Shown in pieces: positions 50,501 to 64,000 of a stretch of DNA of 64,000 bases. Below the pieces are notes generated by a model. The model searched no databases. It was given only the letters and a program-made list of their open reading frames with translations, and was not told the DNA's origin. The DNA is taken from positions 74,453-138,452 of the forward strand of contig CAXKVF010000094.1 of assembly GCA_964057225.1 (NCBI GenBank), read 5' to 3'. Origin of the DNA: Auanema rhodensis. Taxonomy: Eukaryota; Animalia; Nematoda. The position numbers and the translations under genes were made by a program. Numbering within the stretch: the first letter of the stretch is position 1; every line of letters begins with the position of its first letter.

Positions 50501-53500
50501 TACAATTAATTAGCATAAATTAAAGTTCACGTAAATTTCAAAGTCATGGTTACCATGAACCAATATCAATAAAAATTTGTTTTTAGACTAATATGGACAT
50601 GGGGAATCTAATGTTGAAAACCGTATCTCTTTATCTTTCACGTGAAGCGAGTTACATACCAAGTGCACATCACGTGTACATTTAATTAGCATAAATTAAA
50701 GTTCACGTAAATTTCAAAGTCATGGTTACCATGAACCAATATCAATAAAAATTTGTTTTTAGACTAATATGGACATGGGGAATCAAATTTTGAAAACCGC
50801 ATCTCTTTATCTTTCACGTGAAGCGAGTTACATACCAAGTGCACATCACGTGTACATTTAATCAGCATAAATTAAAGTTCACGTAAATTTCAAAGTCATG
50901 GTTACCATGAACCAATATCAATACAAATTTGTTTTTAGACTAATATGGACATGGGGAATCTAATTTTGAAAACCGCATCTCTTCATCTTTCACGTGAAGC
51001 GAGTTACATACCAAGTGCACATCACGTCTAAATTTAATTAGCATAAATTAAAGTTCACGAAAATTTCAAAGTCATGGTTACCATGAACCAATATCAATAA
51101 AAATTTGTTTTTAGACTAATATGGACATGGGCAATCTAATTTTGAAAACCGCATCTCTTCATCTTTCACGTGAAGCGAGTTACATACCAAGTGCACATCA
51201 CGTGTACATTTAATTAGCATAAATTAAAGTTCACGTAAATTTCAAAGTCATGGTTACCATGCACCAATATCAATAAAAATTTGTTTTTAGACTAATATGG
51301 ACATGGGGAATCTAATTTTGAAAACCGCATCTCTTCATCTTTCACGTGAAGCGAGTTACATACCAAGTGCACATCACGTGTACATTTAATTAGCATAAAT
51401 TAAAGTTCACGTAAATTTCAAAGTCATGGTTACCATGCACCAATATCAATAAAAATTTGTTTTTAGACTAATATGGACATGGGGAATCAAATTTTGAAAA
51501 CCGCATCTCTTTATCTTTCACGTGAAGCGAGTTACATACCAAGTGCACATCACGTGTACATTTAATCAGCATAAATTAAAGTTCACGTAAATTTCAAAGT
51601 CATGGTTACCATGAACCAATATCAATACAAATTTGTTTTTAGACTAATATGGACATGGGGAATCTAATTTTGAAAACCGCATCTCTTTATCTTTCACGTG
51701 AAGCGAGTTACATACCAAGTGCACATCACGTGTACATTTAATTAGCATAAATTAAAGTTCACGTAAATTTCAAAGTCATGGTTACCATGAACCAATATCA
51801 ATAAAAATTTGTTTTTAGACTAATATGGACATGGGGAATCAAATTTTGAAAACCGCATCTCTTTATCTTTCACGTGAAGCGAGTTACATACCAAGTGCAC
51901 ATCACGTGTACATTTAATCAGCATAAATTAAAGTTCACGTAAATTTCAAAGTCATGGTTACCATGAACCAATATCAATACAAATTTGTTTTTAGACTAAT
52001 ATGGACATGGGGAATCTAATTTTAAAAACCGCATCACTTTATCTTTCACGTGAAGCGAGTTACATACCAAGTGCACATCACGTGTACATTTAATTAGCAT
52101 AAATTAAAGTTCACGTAAATTTCAAAGTCATGGTTACCATGCACCAATATCAATAAAAATTCGTTTTTAGACTAATATGGACATGGGGAATCTAATGTTG
52201 AAAACCGCATCTCTTTATCTTTCACGTGAAGCGAGTTACATACCAAGTGCACATCACGTGTACATTTAATTAGCATAAATTAAAGTTCACGTAAATTTCA
52301 AAGTCATGGTTACCATGCACCAATATCAATAAAAATTTGTTTTTAGACTAATATGGACATGGGGAATCTAATGTTGAAAACCGCATCTCTTTATCTTTCA
52401 CGTGAAGCGAGTTACATACCAAGTGCACATCACGTGTACATTTAATTAGCATAAATTAAAGTTCACGTAAATTTCAAAGTCATGGTTACCATGAACCAAT
52501 ATCAATAAAAATTTGTTTTTAGACTAATATGGACATGGGGAATCTAATTTTGAAAACCGCATCTCTTTATCTTTCACGTGAAGCGAGTTACATACCAAGT
52601 GCACATCACGTGTACATTTAATTAGCATAAATTAAAGTTCACGTAAATTTCAAAGTCATGGTTACCATGCACCAATATCAATAAAAATTTGTTTTTAGAC
52701 TAATATGGACATGGGGAATCTAATGTTGAAAACCGCATCTCTTTATCTTTCACGTGAAGCGAGTTACATACCAAGTGCACATCACGTGTACATTTAATTA
52801 GCATAAATTAAAGTTCACGTAAATTTCAAAGTCATGGTTACCATGAACCAATATCAATACAAATTTGTTTTTAGACTAATATGGACATGGGGAATCTAAT
52901 TTTGAAAACCGCATCACTTTATCTTTCACGTGAAGCGAGTTACATACCAAGTGCACATCACGTGTACATTTATTTAGCATAAATTAAAGTTCACGTAAAT
53001 TTCAAAGTCATGGTTACCATGCACCAATATTAATAAAAATTTGTTTTTAGACTAATATGGACATGGGGAATCTAATGTTGAAAACCACATCTCTTTATCT
53101 TTCACGTGAAGCGAGTTACATACCAAGTGCACATCACGTGTACATTTAATTAGCATAAATTAAAGTTCACGTAAATTTCAAAGTCATGGTTACCATGCAC
53201 CAATATCAATAAAAATTTGTTTTTACACTAATGTGGACATGGGGAATCTAATGTTGAAAACCGCATCTCTTTATCTTTCACGTGAAGCGAGTTACATACC
53301 AAGTGCACATCACGTGTACATTTAATTAGCATAAATTAAAGTTCACGTAAATTTCAAAGTCATGGTTACCATGAACCAATATCAATAAAAATTTGATTTA
53401 GACTAATATGGACATGGGGAATCTAATTTTGAAAACCGCATCTCTTTATCTTTCACGTGAAGCGAGTTACATACCAAGTGCACATCACGTGTACATTTAA

Positions 53501-56500
53501 TTAGCATAAATTAAAGTTCACGTAAATTTCAAAGTCATGGTTACCATGAACTAATATCAATAAAAATTTGTTTTTAGACTAATATGGACATGGGGAATCT
53601 AATTTTGAAAACCGCATCTCTTTATCTTTCACGTGAAGCGAGTTACATACCAAGTGCACATCACGTGTACATTTAATTAGCATAAATTAAAGTTCACGTA
53701 AATTTCAAAGTCATGGTTACCATGAACCAATATCAATAAAAATTTGTTTTTAGACTAATATGGACATGGGGAATCTAATTTTGAAAACCGCATCTCTTTA
53801 TCTTTCACGTGAAGCGAGTTACATACCAAGTGCACATCACGTGTACATTTAATTAGCATAAATTAAAGTTCACGTAAAATTCAAAGTCATGGTTACCATG
53901 CACCAATATCAATAAAAATTTGTTTTTAGACTAATATGGACATGGGGAATCTAATTTTGAAAACCGCATCTCTTTATCTTTCACGTGAAGCGAGTTACAT
54001 ACCAAGTGCACATCACGTGTACATTTAATTAGCATAAATTAAAGTTCACGTAAATTTCAAAGTCATGGTTACCATGCACCAATATCAATAAAAATTTGTT
54101 TTTAGACTAATATGGACATGGGGAATCTAATTTTGAAAACCGCATCTCTTTATCTTTCACGTGAAGCGAGTTACATACCAAGTGCACATCACGTGTACAT
54201 TTAATTAGCATAAATTAAAGTTCACGTAAATTTCAAAGTCATGGTTACCATGAACCAATATCAATAAAAATTTGTTTTTAGACTAATATGGACATGGGGA
54301 ATCTAATGTTGAAAACCGCATCTCTTTATCTTTCACGTGAAGCGAGTTACATACCAAGTGCACATCACGTTTACAATTAATTAGCATAAATTAAAGTTCA
54401 CGTAAATTTCAAAGTCATGGTTACCATGAACCAATATCAATAAAAATTTGTTTTTAGACTAATATGGACATGGGGAATCTAATGTTGAAAACCGTATCTC
54501 TTTATCTTTCACGTGAAGCGAGTTACATACCAAGTGCACATCACGTGTACATTTAATTAGCATAAATTAAAGTTCACGTAAATTTCAAAGTCATGGTTAC
54601 CATGAACCAATATCAATAAAAATTTGTTTTTAGACTAATATGGACATGGGGAATCTAATGTTGAAAACCGCATCTCTTTATCTTTCACGTGAAGCGAGTT
54701 ACATACCAAGTGCACATCACGTTTACAATTAATTAGCATAAATTAAAGTTCACGTAAATTTCAAAGTCATGGTTACCATGAACCAATATCAATAAAAATT
54801 TGTTTTTAGACTAATATGGACATGGGGAATCTAATGTTGAAAACCGTATCTCTTTATCTTTCACGTGAAGCGAGTTACATACCAAGTGCACATCACGTGT
54901 ACATTTAATTAGCATAAATTAAAGTTCACGTAAATTTCATAGTCATGGTTACCATGAACCAATATCAATAAAAATTTGTTTTTAGACTAATATGGACATG
55001 GGGAATCAAATTTTGAAAACCGCATCTCTTTATCTTTCACGTGAAGCGAGTTACATACCAAGTGCACATCACGTGTACATTTAATCAGCATAAATTAAAG
55101 TTCACGTAAATTTCAAAGTCATGGTTACCATGAACCAATATCAATACAAATTTGTTTTTAGACTAATATGGACATGGGGAATCTAATTTTGAAAACCGCA
55201 TCTCTTCATCTTTCACGTGAAGCGAGTTACATACCAAGTGCACATCACGTCTAAATTTAATTAGCATAAATTAAAGTTCACGAAAATTTCAAAGTCATGG
55301 TTACCATGAACCAATATCAATAAAAATTTGTTTTTAGACTAATATGGACATGGGCAATCTAATTTTGAAAACCGCATCTCTTCATCTTTCACGTGAAGCG
55401 AGTTACATACCAAGTGCACATCACGTGTACATTTAATTAGCATAAATTAAAGTTCACGTAAATTTCAAAGTCATGGTTACCATGAACCAATATCAATAAA
55501 AATTTGTTTTTAGACTAATATGGACATGGGGAATCTAATTTTGAAAACCGCATCTCTTCATCTTTCACGTGAAGCGAGTTACATACCAAGTGCACATCAC
55601 GTGTACATTTAATTAGCATAAATTAAAGTTCACGTAAATTTCAAAGTCATGATTACCATGAACCAATATCAATAAAAATTTGTTTTTAGACTAATATGGA
55701 CATGGGGAATCTAATTTTGAAAACCGCATCTCTTTATCTTTCACGTGAAGCGAGTTACATACCAAGTGCACATCACGTGTACATTTAATTAGCATAAATT
55801 AAAGTTCACGTAAATTTCAAAGTCATGGTTACCATGCACCAATATCAATAAAAATTTGTTTTTAGACTAATATGGACATGGGGAATCTAATTTTGAAAAC
55901 CGCATCTCTTTATCTTTCACGTGAAGCGAGTTACATACCAAGTGCACATCACGTGTACATTTAATTAGCATAAATTAAAGTTCACGTAAATTTCAAAGTC
56001 ATGGTTACCATGAACCAATATCAATAAAAATTTGTTTTTAGACTAATATGGACATGGGGAATCTAATTTTGAAAACCGCATCTCTTTATCTTTCACGTGA
56101 AGCGAGTTACATACCAAGTGCACATCACGTGTACATTTAATTAGCATAAATTAAAGTTCACGTAAATTTCAAAGTCATGGTTACCATGAACCAATATCAA
56201 TAAAAATTTGTTTTTAGACTAATATGGACATGGGGAATCTAATGTTGAAAACCGTATCTCTTTATCTTTCACGTGAAGCGAGTTACATACCAAGTGCACA
56301 TCACGTGTACATTTAATTAGCATAAATTAAAGTTCACGTAAATTTCAAAGTCATGGTTACCATGAACCAATATCAATAAAAATTTGTTTTTAGACTAATA
56401 TGGACATGGGGAATCAAATTTTGAAAACCGCATCTCTTTATCTTTCACGTGAAGCGAGTTACATACCAAGTGCACATCACGTGTACATTTAATCAGCATA

Positions 56501-59500
56501 AATTAAAGTTCACGTAAATTTCAAAGTCATGGTTACCATGAACCAATATCAATACAAATTTGTTTTTAGACTAATATGGACATGGGGAATCTAATTTTGA
56601 AAACCGCATCACTTTATCTTTCACGTGAAGCGAGTTACATACCAAGTGCACATCACGTGTACATTTAATTAGCATAAATTAAAGTTCACGTAAATTTCAA
56701 AGTCATGGTTACCATGAACCAATATCAATAAAAATTTGTTTTTAGACTAATATGGACATGGGGAATCTAATTTTGAAAACCGCATCTCTTTATCTTTCAC
56801 GTGAAGCGAGTTACATACCAAGTGCACATCACGTGTACATTTAATTAGCATAAATTAAAGTTCACGTAAATTTCAAAGTCATGGTTACCATGCACCAATA
56901 TCAATAAAAATTTGTTTTTAGACTAATATGGACATGGGGAATCTAATGTTGAAAACCGCATCTCTTTATCTTTCACGTGAAGCGAGTTACATACCAAGTG
57001 CACATCACGTGTACATTTAATTAGCATAAATTAAAGTTCACGTAAATTTCAAAGTCATGGTTACCATGAACCAATATCAATACAAATTTGTTTTTAGACT
57101 AATATGGACATGGGGAATCTAATTTTGAAAACCGCATCACTTTATCTTTCACGTGAAGCGAGTTACATACCAAGTGCACATCACGTGTACATTTATTTAG
57201 CATAAATTAAAGTTCACGTAAATTTCAAAGTCATGGTTACCATGCACCAATATTAATAAAAATTTGTTTTTAGACTAATATGGACATGGGGAATCTAATG
57301 TAGAAAACCACATCTCTTTATCTTTCACGTGAAGCGAGTTACATACCAAGTGCACATCACGTGTACATTTAATTAGCATAAATTAAAGTTCACGTAAATT
57401 TCAAAGTCATGGTTACCATGCACCAATATCAATAAAAATTTGTTTTTACACTAATATGGACATGGGGAATCTAATGTTGAAAACCGCATCTCTTTATCTT
57501 TCACGTGAAGCGAGTTACATACCAAGTGCACATCACGTGTACATTTAATTAGCATAAATTAAAGTTCACGTAAATTTCAAAGTCATGGTTACCATGAACC
57601 AATATCAATAAAAATTTGATTTAGACTAATATGGACATGGGGAATCTAATTTTGAAAACCGCATCTCTTTATCTTTCACGTGAAGCGAGTTACATACCAA
57701 GTGCACATCACGTGTACATTTAATTAGCATAAATTAAAGTTCACGTAAATTTCAAAGTCATGGTTACCATGAACTAATATCAATAAAAATTTGTTTTTAG
57801 ACTAATATGGACATGGGGAATCTAATTTTGAAAACCGCATCTCTTTATCTTTCACGTGAAGCGAGTTACATACCAAGTGCACATCACGTGTACATTTAAT
57901 TAGCATAAATTAAAGTTCACGTAAATTTCAAAGTCATGGTTACCATGAACCAATATCAATAAAAATTTGTTTTTAGACTAATATGGACATGGGGAATCTA
58001 ATTTTGAAAACCGCATCTCTTTATCTTTCACGTGAAGCGAGTTACATACCAAGTGCACATCACGTGTACATTTAATTAGCATAAATTAAAGTTCACGTAA
58101 ATTTCAAAGTCATGGTTACCATGAACCAATATCAATAACAATTTGTTTTTAGACTAATATGGACATGGGGAATCTAATTTTGAAAACCGCATCTCTTTAT
58201 CTTTCACGTGAAGCGAGTTACATACCAAGTGCACATCACGTGTACATTTAATTAGCATAAATTAAAGTTCACGTAAATTTCAAAGTCATGGTTACCATGA
58301 ACCAATATCAATAAAAATTTGTTTTTAGACTAATATGGACATGGGGAATCTTATTTTGAAAACCGCATCTCTTTATCTTTCACGTGAAGCGAGTTACATA
58401 CCAAGTGCACATCACGTGTACATTTAATTAGCATAAATTAAAGTTCACGTAAATTTCAAAGTCATGGTTACCATGAAGCAATATCAATAAAAATTTGTTT
58501 TTAGACTAATATGGACATGGGGAATCTAATTTTGAAAACCGCATCTCTTTATCTTTCACGTGAAGCGAGTTACATAGCAAGTGCACATCACGTGTACATT
58601 TAATTAGCATTAATTAAAGTTCACGTAAATTTCAAAGTCATGGTTACCATGAAGCAATATCAATAAAAATTTGTTTATAGACTAATATGGACATGGGGAA
58701 TCTAATTTTGAAAACCGCATCTCTTTATCTTTCACGTGAAGCGAGTTACATACCAAGTGCACATCACGTGTACATTTAATTAGCATAAATTAAAGTTCAC
58801 GTAAATTTCAAAGTCATGGTTACCATGAACCAATATCAATAAAAATTTGTTTTTAGACTAATATGGACATGGGGAATCTAATTTTGAAAACCGCATCTCT
58901 TTATCTTTCACGTGAAGCGAGTTACATACCAAGTGCACATCACGTGTACATTTAATTAGCATAAATTAAAGTTCACGTAAATTTCAAAGTCATGGTTACC
59001 ATGAACCAATATCAATAAAAATTTGTTTTTAGACTAATATGGACATGGGGAATCTAATTTTGAAAACCGCATCTCTTTATCTTTCACGTGAAGCGAGTTA
59101 CATACCAAGTGCACATCACGTGTACATTTAATTAGCATAAATTAAAGTTCACGTAAATTTCAAAGTCATGGTTACCATGAACCAATATCAATAAAAATTT
59201 GTTTTTAGACTAATATGGACATGGGGAATCTAATTTTGAAAACCGCATCTCTTTATCTTTCACGTGAAGCGAGTTACATACCAAGTGCACATCACGTGTA
59301 CATTTAATTAGCATAAATTAAAGTTCACGTAAATTTCAAAGTCATGGTTACCATGAACCAATATCAATAAAAATTTGTTTTTAGACTAATATGGACATGG
59401 GGAATCTAATTTTGAAAACCGCATCTCTTTATCTTTCACGTGAAGCGAGTTACATACCAAGTGCACATCACGTGTACATTTAATTAGCATAAATTAAAGT

Positions 59501-62500
59501 TCACGTAAATTTCAAAGTCATGGTTACCATGAACCAATATCAATAACAATTTGTTTTTAGACTAATATGGACATGGGGAATCTAATTTTGAAAACCGCAT
59601 CTCTTTATCTTTCACGTGAAGCGAGTTACATACCAAGTGCACATCACGTGTACATTTAATTAGCATAAATTAAAGTTCACGTAAATTTCAAAGTCATGGT
59701 TACCATGAAGCAATATCAATAAAAATTTGTTTTTAGACTAATATGGACATGGGGAATCTAATTTTGAAAACCGCATCTCTTTATCTTTCACGTGAAGCGA
59801 GTTACATAGCAAGTGCACATCACGTGTACATTCAATTAGCATTAATTAAAGTTCACGTAAATTTCAAAGTCATGGTTACCATGAAGCAATATCAATAAAA
59901 ATTTGTTTATAGACTAATATGGACATGGGGAATCTAATTTTGAAAACCGCATCTCTTTATCTTTCACGTGAAGCGAGTTACATACCAAGTGCACATCACG
60001 TGTACATTTAATTAGCATAAATTAAAGTTCACGTAAATTTCAAAGTCATGGTTACCATGAACCAATATCAATAAAAATTTGTTTTTAGACTAATATGGAC
60101 ATGGGGAATCTAATTTTGAAAACCGCATCTCTTTATCTTTCACGTGAAGCGAGTTACATACCAAGTGCACATCACGTGTACATTTAATTAGCATAAATTA
60201 AAGTTCACGTAAATTTCAAAGTCATGGTTACCATGAACCAATATCAATAACAATTTGTTTTTAGACTAATATGGACATGGGGAATCTAATTTTGAAAACC
60301 GCATCTCTTTATCTTTCACGTGAAGCGAGTTACATACCAAGTGCACATCACGTGTACATTTAATTAGCATAAATTAAAGTTCACGTAAATTTCAAAGTCA
60401 TGGTTACCATGCACCAATATCAATAAAAATTTGTTTTTAGACTAATATGGACATGGGGAATCTAATTTTGAAAACCGCATCTCTTTATCTTTCACGTGAA
60501 GCGAGTTACATACCAAGTGCACATCACGTGTACATTTAATTAGCATAAATTAAAGTTCACGTAAATTTCAAAGTCATGGTTACCATGAACCAATATCAAT
60601 AAAAATTTGTTTTTAGACTAATATGGACATGGGGAATCTAATTTTGAAAACCGCATCTCTTTATCTTTCACGTGAAGCGAGTTACATACCAAGTGCACAT
60701 CACGTGTACATTTAATTAGCATAAATTAAAGTTCACGTAAATTTCAAAGTCATGGTTACCATGCACCAATATCAATAAAAATTTGTTTTTAGACTAATAT
60801 GGACATGGGGAATCTAATTTTGAAAACCGCATCTCTTTATCTTTCACGTGAAGCGAGTTACATACCAAGTGCACATCACGTGTACATTTAATTAGCATAA
60901 ATTAAAGTTCACGTAAATTTCAAAGTCATGGTTACCATGAACCAATATCAATAAAAATTTGTTTTTAGACTAATATGGACATGGGGAATCTAATTTTGAA
61001 AACCGCATCTCTTTATCTTTCACGTGAAGCGAGTTACATACCAAGTGCACATCACGTGTACATTTAATTAGCATAAATTAAAGTTCACGTAAATTTCAAA
61101 GTCATGGTTACCATGAACCAATATCAATAAAAATTTGTTTTTAGACTAATATGGACATGGGGAATCTAATTTTGAAAACCGCATCTCTTTATCTTTCACG
61201 TGAAGCGAGTTACATACCAAGTGCACATCACGTGTACATTTAATTAGCATAAATTAAAGTTCACGTAAATTTCAAAGTCATGGTTACCATGAACCAATAT
61301 CAATAAAAATTTGTTTTTAGACTAATATGGACATGGGGAATCTAATTTTGAAAACCGCATCTCTTTATCTTTCACGTGAAGCGAGTTACATACCAAGTGC
61401 ACATCACGTGTACATTTAATTAGCATAAATTAAAGTTCACGTAAATTTCAAAGTCATGGTTACCATGCACCAATATCAATAAAAATTTGTTTTTAGACTA
61501 ATATGGACATGGGGAATCTAATTTTGAAAACCGCATCTCTTTATCTTTCACGTGAAGCGAGTTACATACCAAGTGCACATCACGTGTACATTTAATTAGC
61601 ATAAATTAAAGTTCACGTAAATTTCAAAGTCATGGTTACCATGAAGCAATATCAATAAAAATTTGTTTTTAGACTAATATGGACATGGGGAATCTAATTT
61701 TGAAAACCGCATCTCTTTATCTTTCACGTGAAGCGAGTTACATACCAAGTGCACATCACGTGTACATTTAATTAGCATAAATTAAAGTTCACGTAAATTT
61801 CAAAGTCATGGTTACCATGAACCAATATCAATAAAAATTTGTTTTTAGACTAATATGGACATGGGGAATCTAATTTTGAAAACCGCATCTCTTTATCTTT
61901 CACGTGAAGCGAGTTACATACCAAGTGCACATCACGTGTACATTTAATTAGCATAAATTAAAGTTCACGTAAAATTCAAAGTCATGGTTACCATGCACCA
62001 ATATCAATAAAAATTTGTTTTTAGACTAATATGGACATGGGGAATCTAATTTTGAAAACCGCATCTATTTATCTTTCACGTGAAGCGAGTTACATACCAA
62101 GTGCACATCACGTGTACATTTAATTAGCATAAATTAAAGTTCACGTAAATTTCAAAGTCATGGTTACCATGAAGCAATATCAATAAAAATTTGTTTTTAG
62201 ACTAATATGGACATGGGGAATCTAATTTTGAAAACCGCATCTCTTTATCTTTCACGTGAAGCGAGTTACATACCAAGTGCACATCACGTGTACATTTAAT
62301 TAGCATAAATTAAAGTTCACGTAAATTTCAAAGTCATGGTTACCATGAACCAATATCAATAAAAATTTGTTTTTAGACTAATATGGACATGGGGAATCTA
62401 ATTTTGAAAACCGCATCTCTTTATCTTTCACGTGAAGCGAGTTACATACCAAGTGCACATCACGTGTACATTTAATTAGCATAAATTAAAGTTCACGTAA

Positions 62501-64000
62501 ATTTCAAAGTCATGGTTACCATGAACCAATATCAATAAAAATTTGTTTTTAGACTAATATGGACATGGGGAATCTAATTTTGAAAACCGCATCTCTTTAT
62601 CTTTCACGTGAAGCGAGTTACATACCAAGTGCACATCACGTGTACATTTAATTAGCATAAATTAAAGTTCACGTAAATTTCAAAGTCATGGTTACCATGC
62701 ACCAATATCAATAAAAATTTGTTTTTAGACTAATATGGACATGGGGAATCTAATTTTGAAAACCGCATCTCTTTATCTTTCACGTGAAGCGAGTTACATA
62801 CCAAGTGCACATCACGTGTACATTTAATTAGCATAAATTAAAGTTCACGTAAATTTCAAAGTCATGGTTACCATGAACCAATATCAATAAAAATTTGTTT
62901 TTAGACTAATATGGACATGGGGAATCTAATTTTGAAAACCGCATCTCTTTATCTTTCACGTGAAGCGAGTTACATACCAAGTGCACATCACGTGTACATT
63001 TAATTAGCATAAATTAAAGTTCACGTAAATTTCAAAGTCATGGTTACCATGAACCAATATCAATAAAAATTTGTTTTTAGACTAATATGGACATGGGGAA
63101 TCTAATTTTGAAAACCGCATCTCTTTATCTTTCACGTGAAGCGAGTTACATACCAAGTGCACATCACGTGTACATTTAATTAGCATAAATTAAAGTTCAC
63201 GTAAATTTCAAAGTCATGGTTACCATGCACCAATATCAATAAAAATTTGTTTTTAGACTAATATGGACATGTGGAATCTAATTTTGAAAACCGCATCTCT
63301 TTATCTTTCACGTGAAGCGAGTTACATACCAAGTGCACATCACGTGTACATTTAATTAGCATAAATTAAAGTTCACGTAAATTTCAAAGTCATGGTTACC
63401 ATGAACCAATATCAATAAAAATTTGTTTTTAGACTAATATGGACATGGGGAATCTAATTTTGAAAACCGCATCTCTTTATCTTTCACGTGAAGCGAGTTA
63501 CATACCAAGTGCACATCACGTGTACATTTAATTAGCATAAATTAAAGTTCACGTAAATTTCAAAGTCATGGTTACCATGCACCAATATCAATAAAAATTT
63601 GTTTTTAGACTAATATGGACATGGGGAATCTAATTTTGAAAACCGCATCTCTTTATCTTTCACGTGAAGCGAGTTACATACCAAGTGCACATCACGTGTA
63701 CATTTAATTAGCATAAATTAAAGTTCACGTAGATTTCAAAGTCATGGTTACCATGAACCAATATCAATAAAAATTTGTTTTTAGACTAATATGGACATGG
63801 GGAATCTAATTTTGAAAACCGCATCTCTTTATCTTTCACGTGAAGCGAGTTACATACCAAGTGCACATCACGTGTACATTTAATTAGCATAAATTAAAGT
63901 TCACTTAAATTTCAAAGTCATGGTTACCATGCACCAATATCAATAAAAATTTGTTTTTAGACTAATATGGACATGGGGAATCTAATTTTGAAAACCGCAT
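41520..64000. repeat. 176-bp satellite array, block 3 (~128 monomers; continues beyond window end)
   Basis: Same monomer and orientation; richer in variants at about 42-60 kb. Confidence 0.99.

Overview
Eukaryotic satellite DNA, possibly from a nematode or other invertebrate (low confidence). About 55 kb of the window is a highly homogeneous head-to-tail array of a 176-bp AT-rich monomer (~310 copies, one orientation) with local higher-order repeats. Two related but clearly diverged CR1-like LINEs interrupt it. Element A (minus strand, 12256-17519) is near full length; element B (plus strand, ~37586-41519) is 5'-truncated inside ORF1. Both have open APE-endonuclease/RT ORF2 frames and short TSDs, and they sit ~20 bp apart in monomer phase. 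Comparing them reveals three unusual shared features. (1) Each 5' end is capped by a tandem array of its own terminal sequence (32 x 19-20 bp in A; 10 x 17 bp of ORF1 coding sequence in B), suggesting reiterative, telomerase-like copying during insertion. (2) Both ORF1s end in TCC TTT CGT + stop, the influenza PA-X type +1 frameshift motif, with ORF2 in the +1 frame; B has no AUG upstream of its endonuclease domain. (3) Both 3' UTRs hold a ~145-150 nt four-way-junction RNA structure supported by compensatory changes. All alignments, counts and folds were done by eye.
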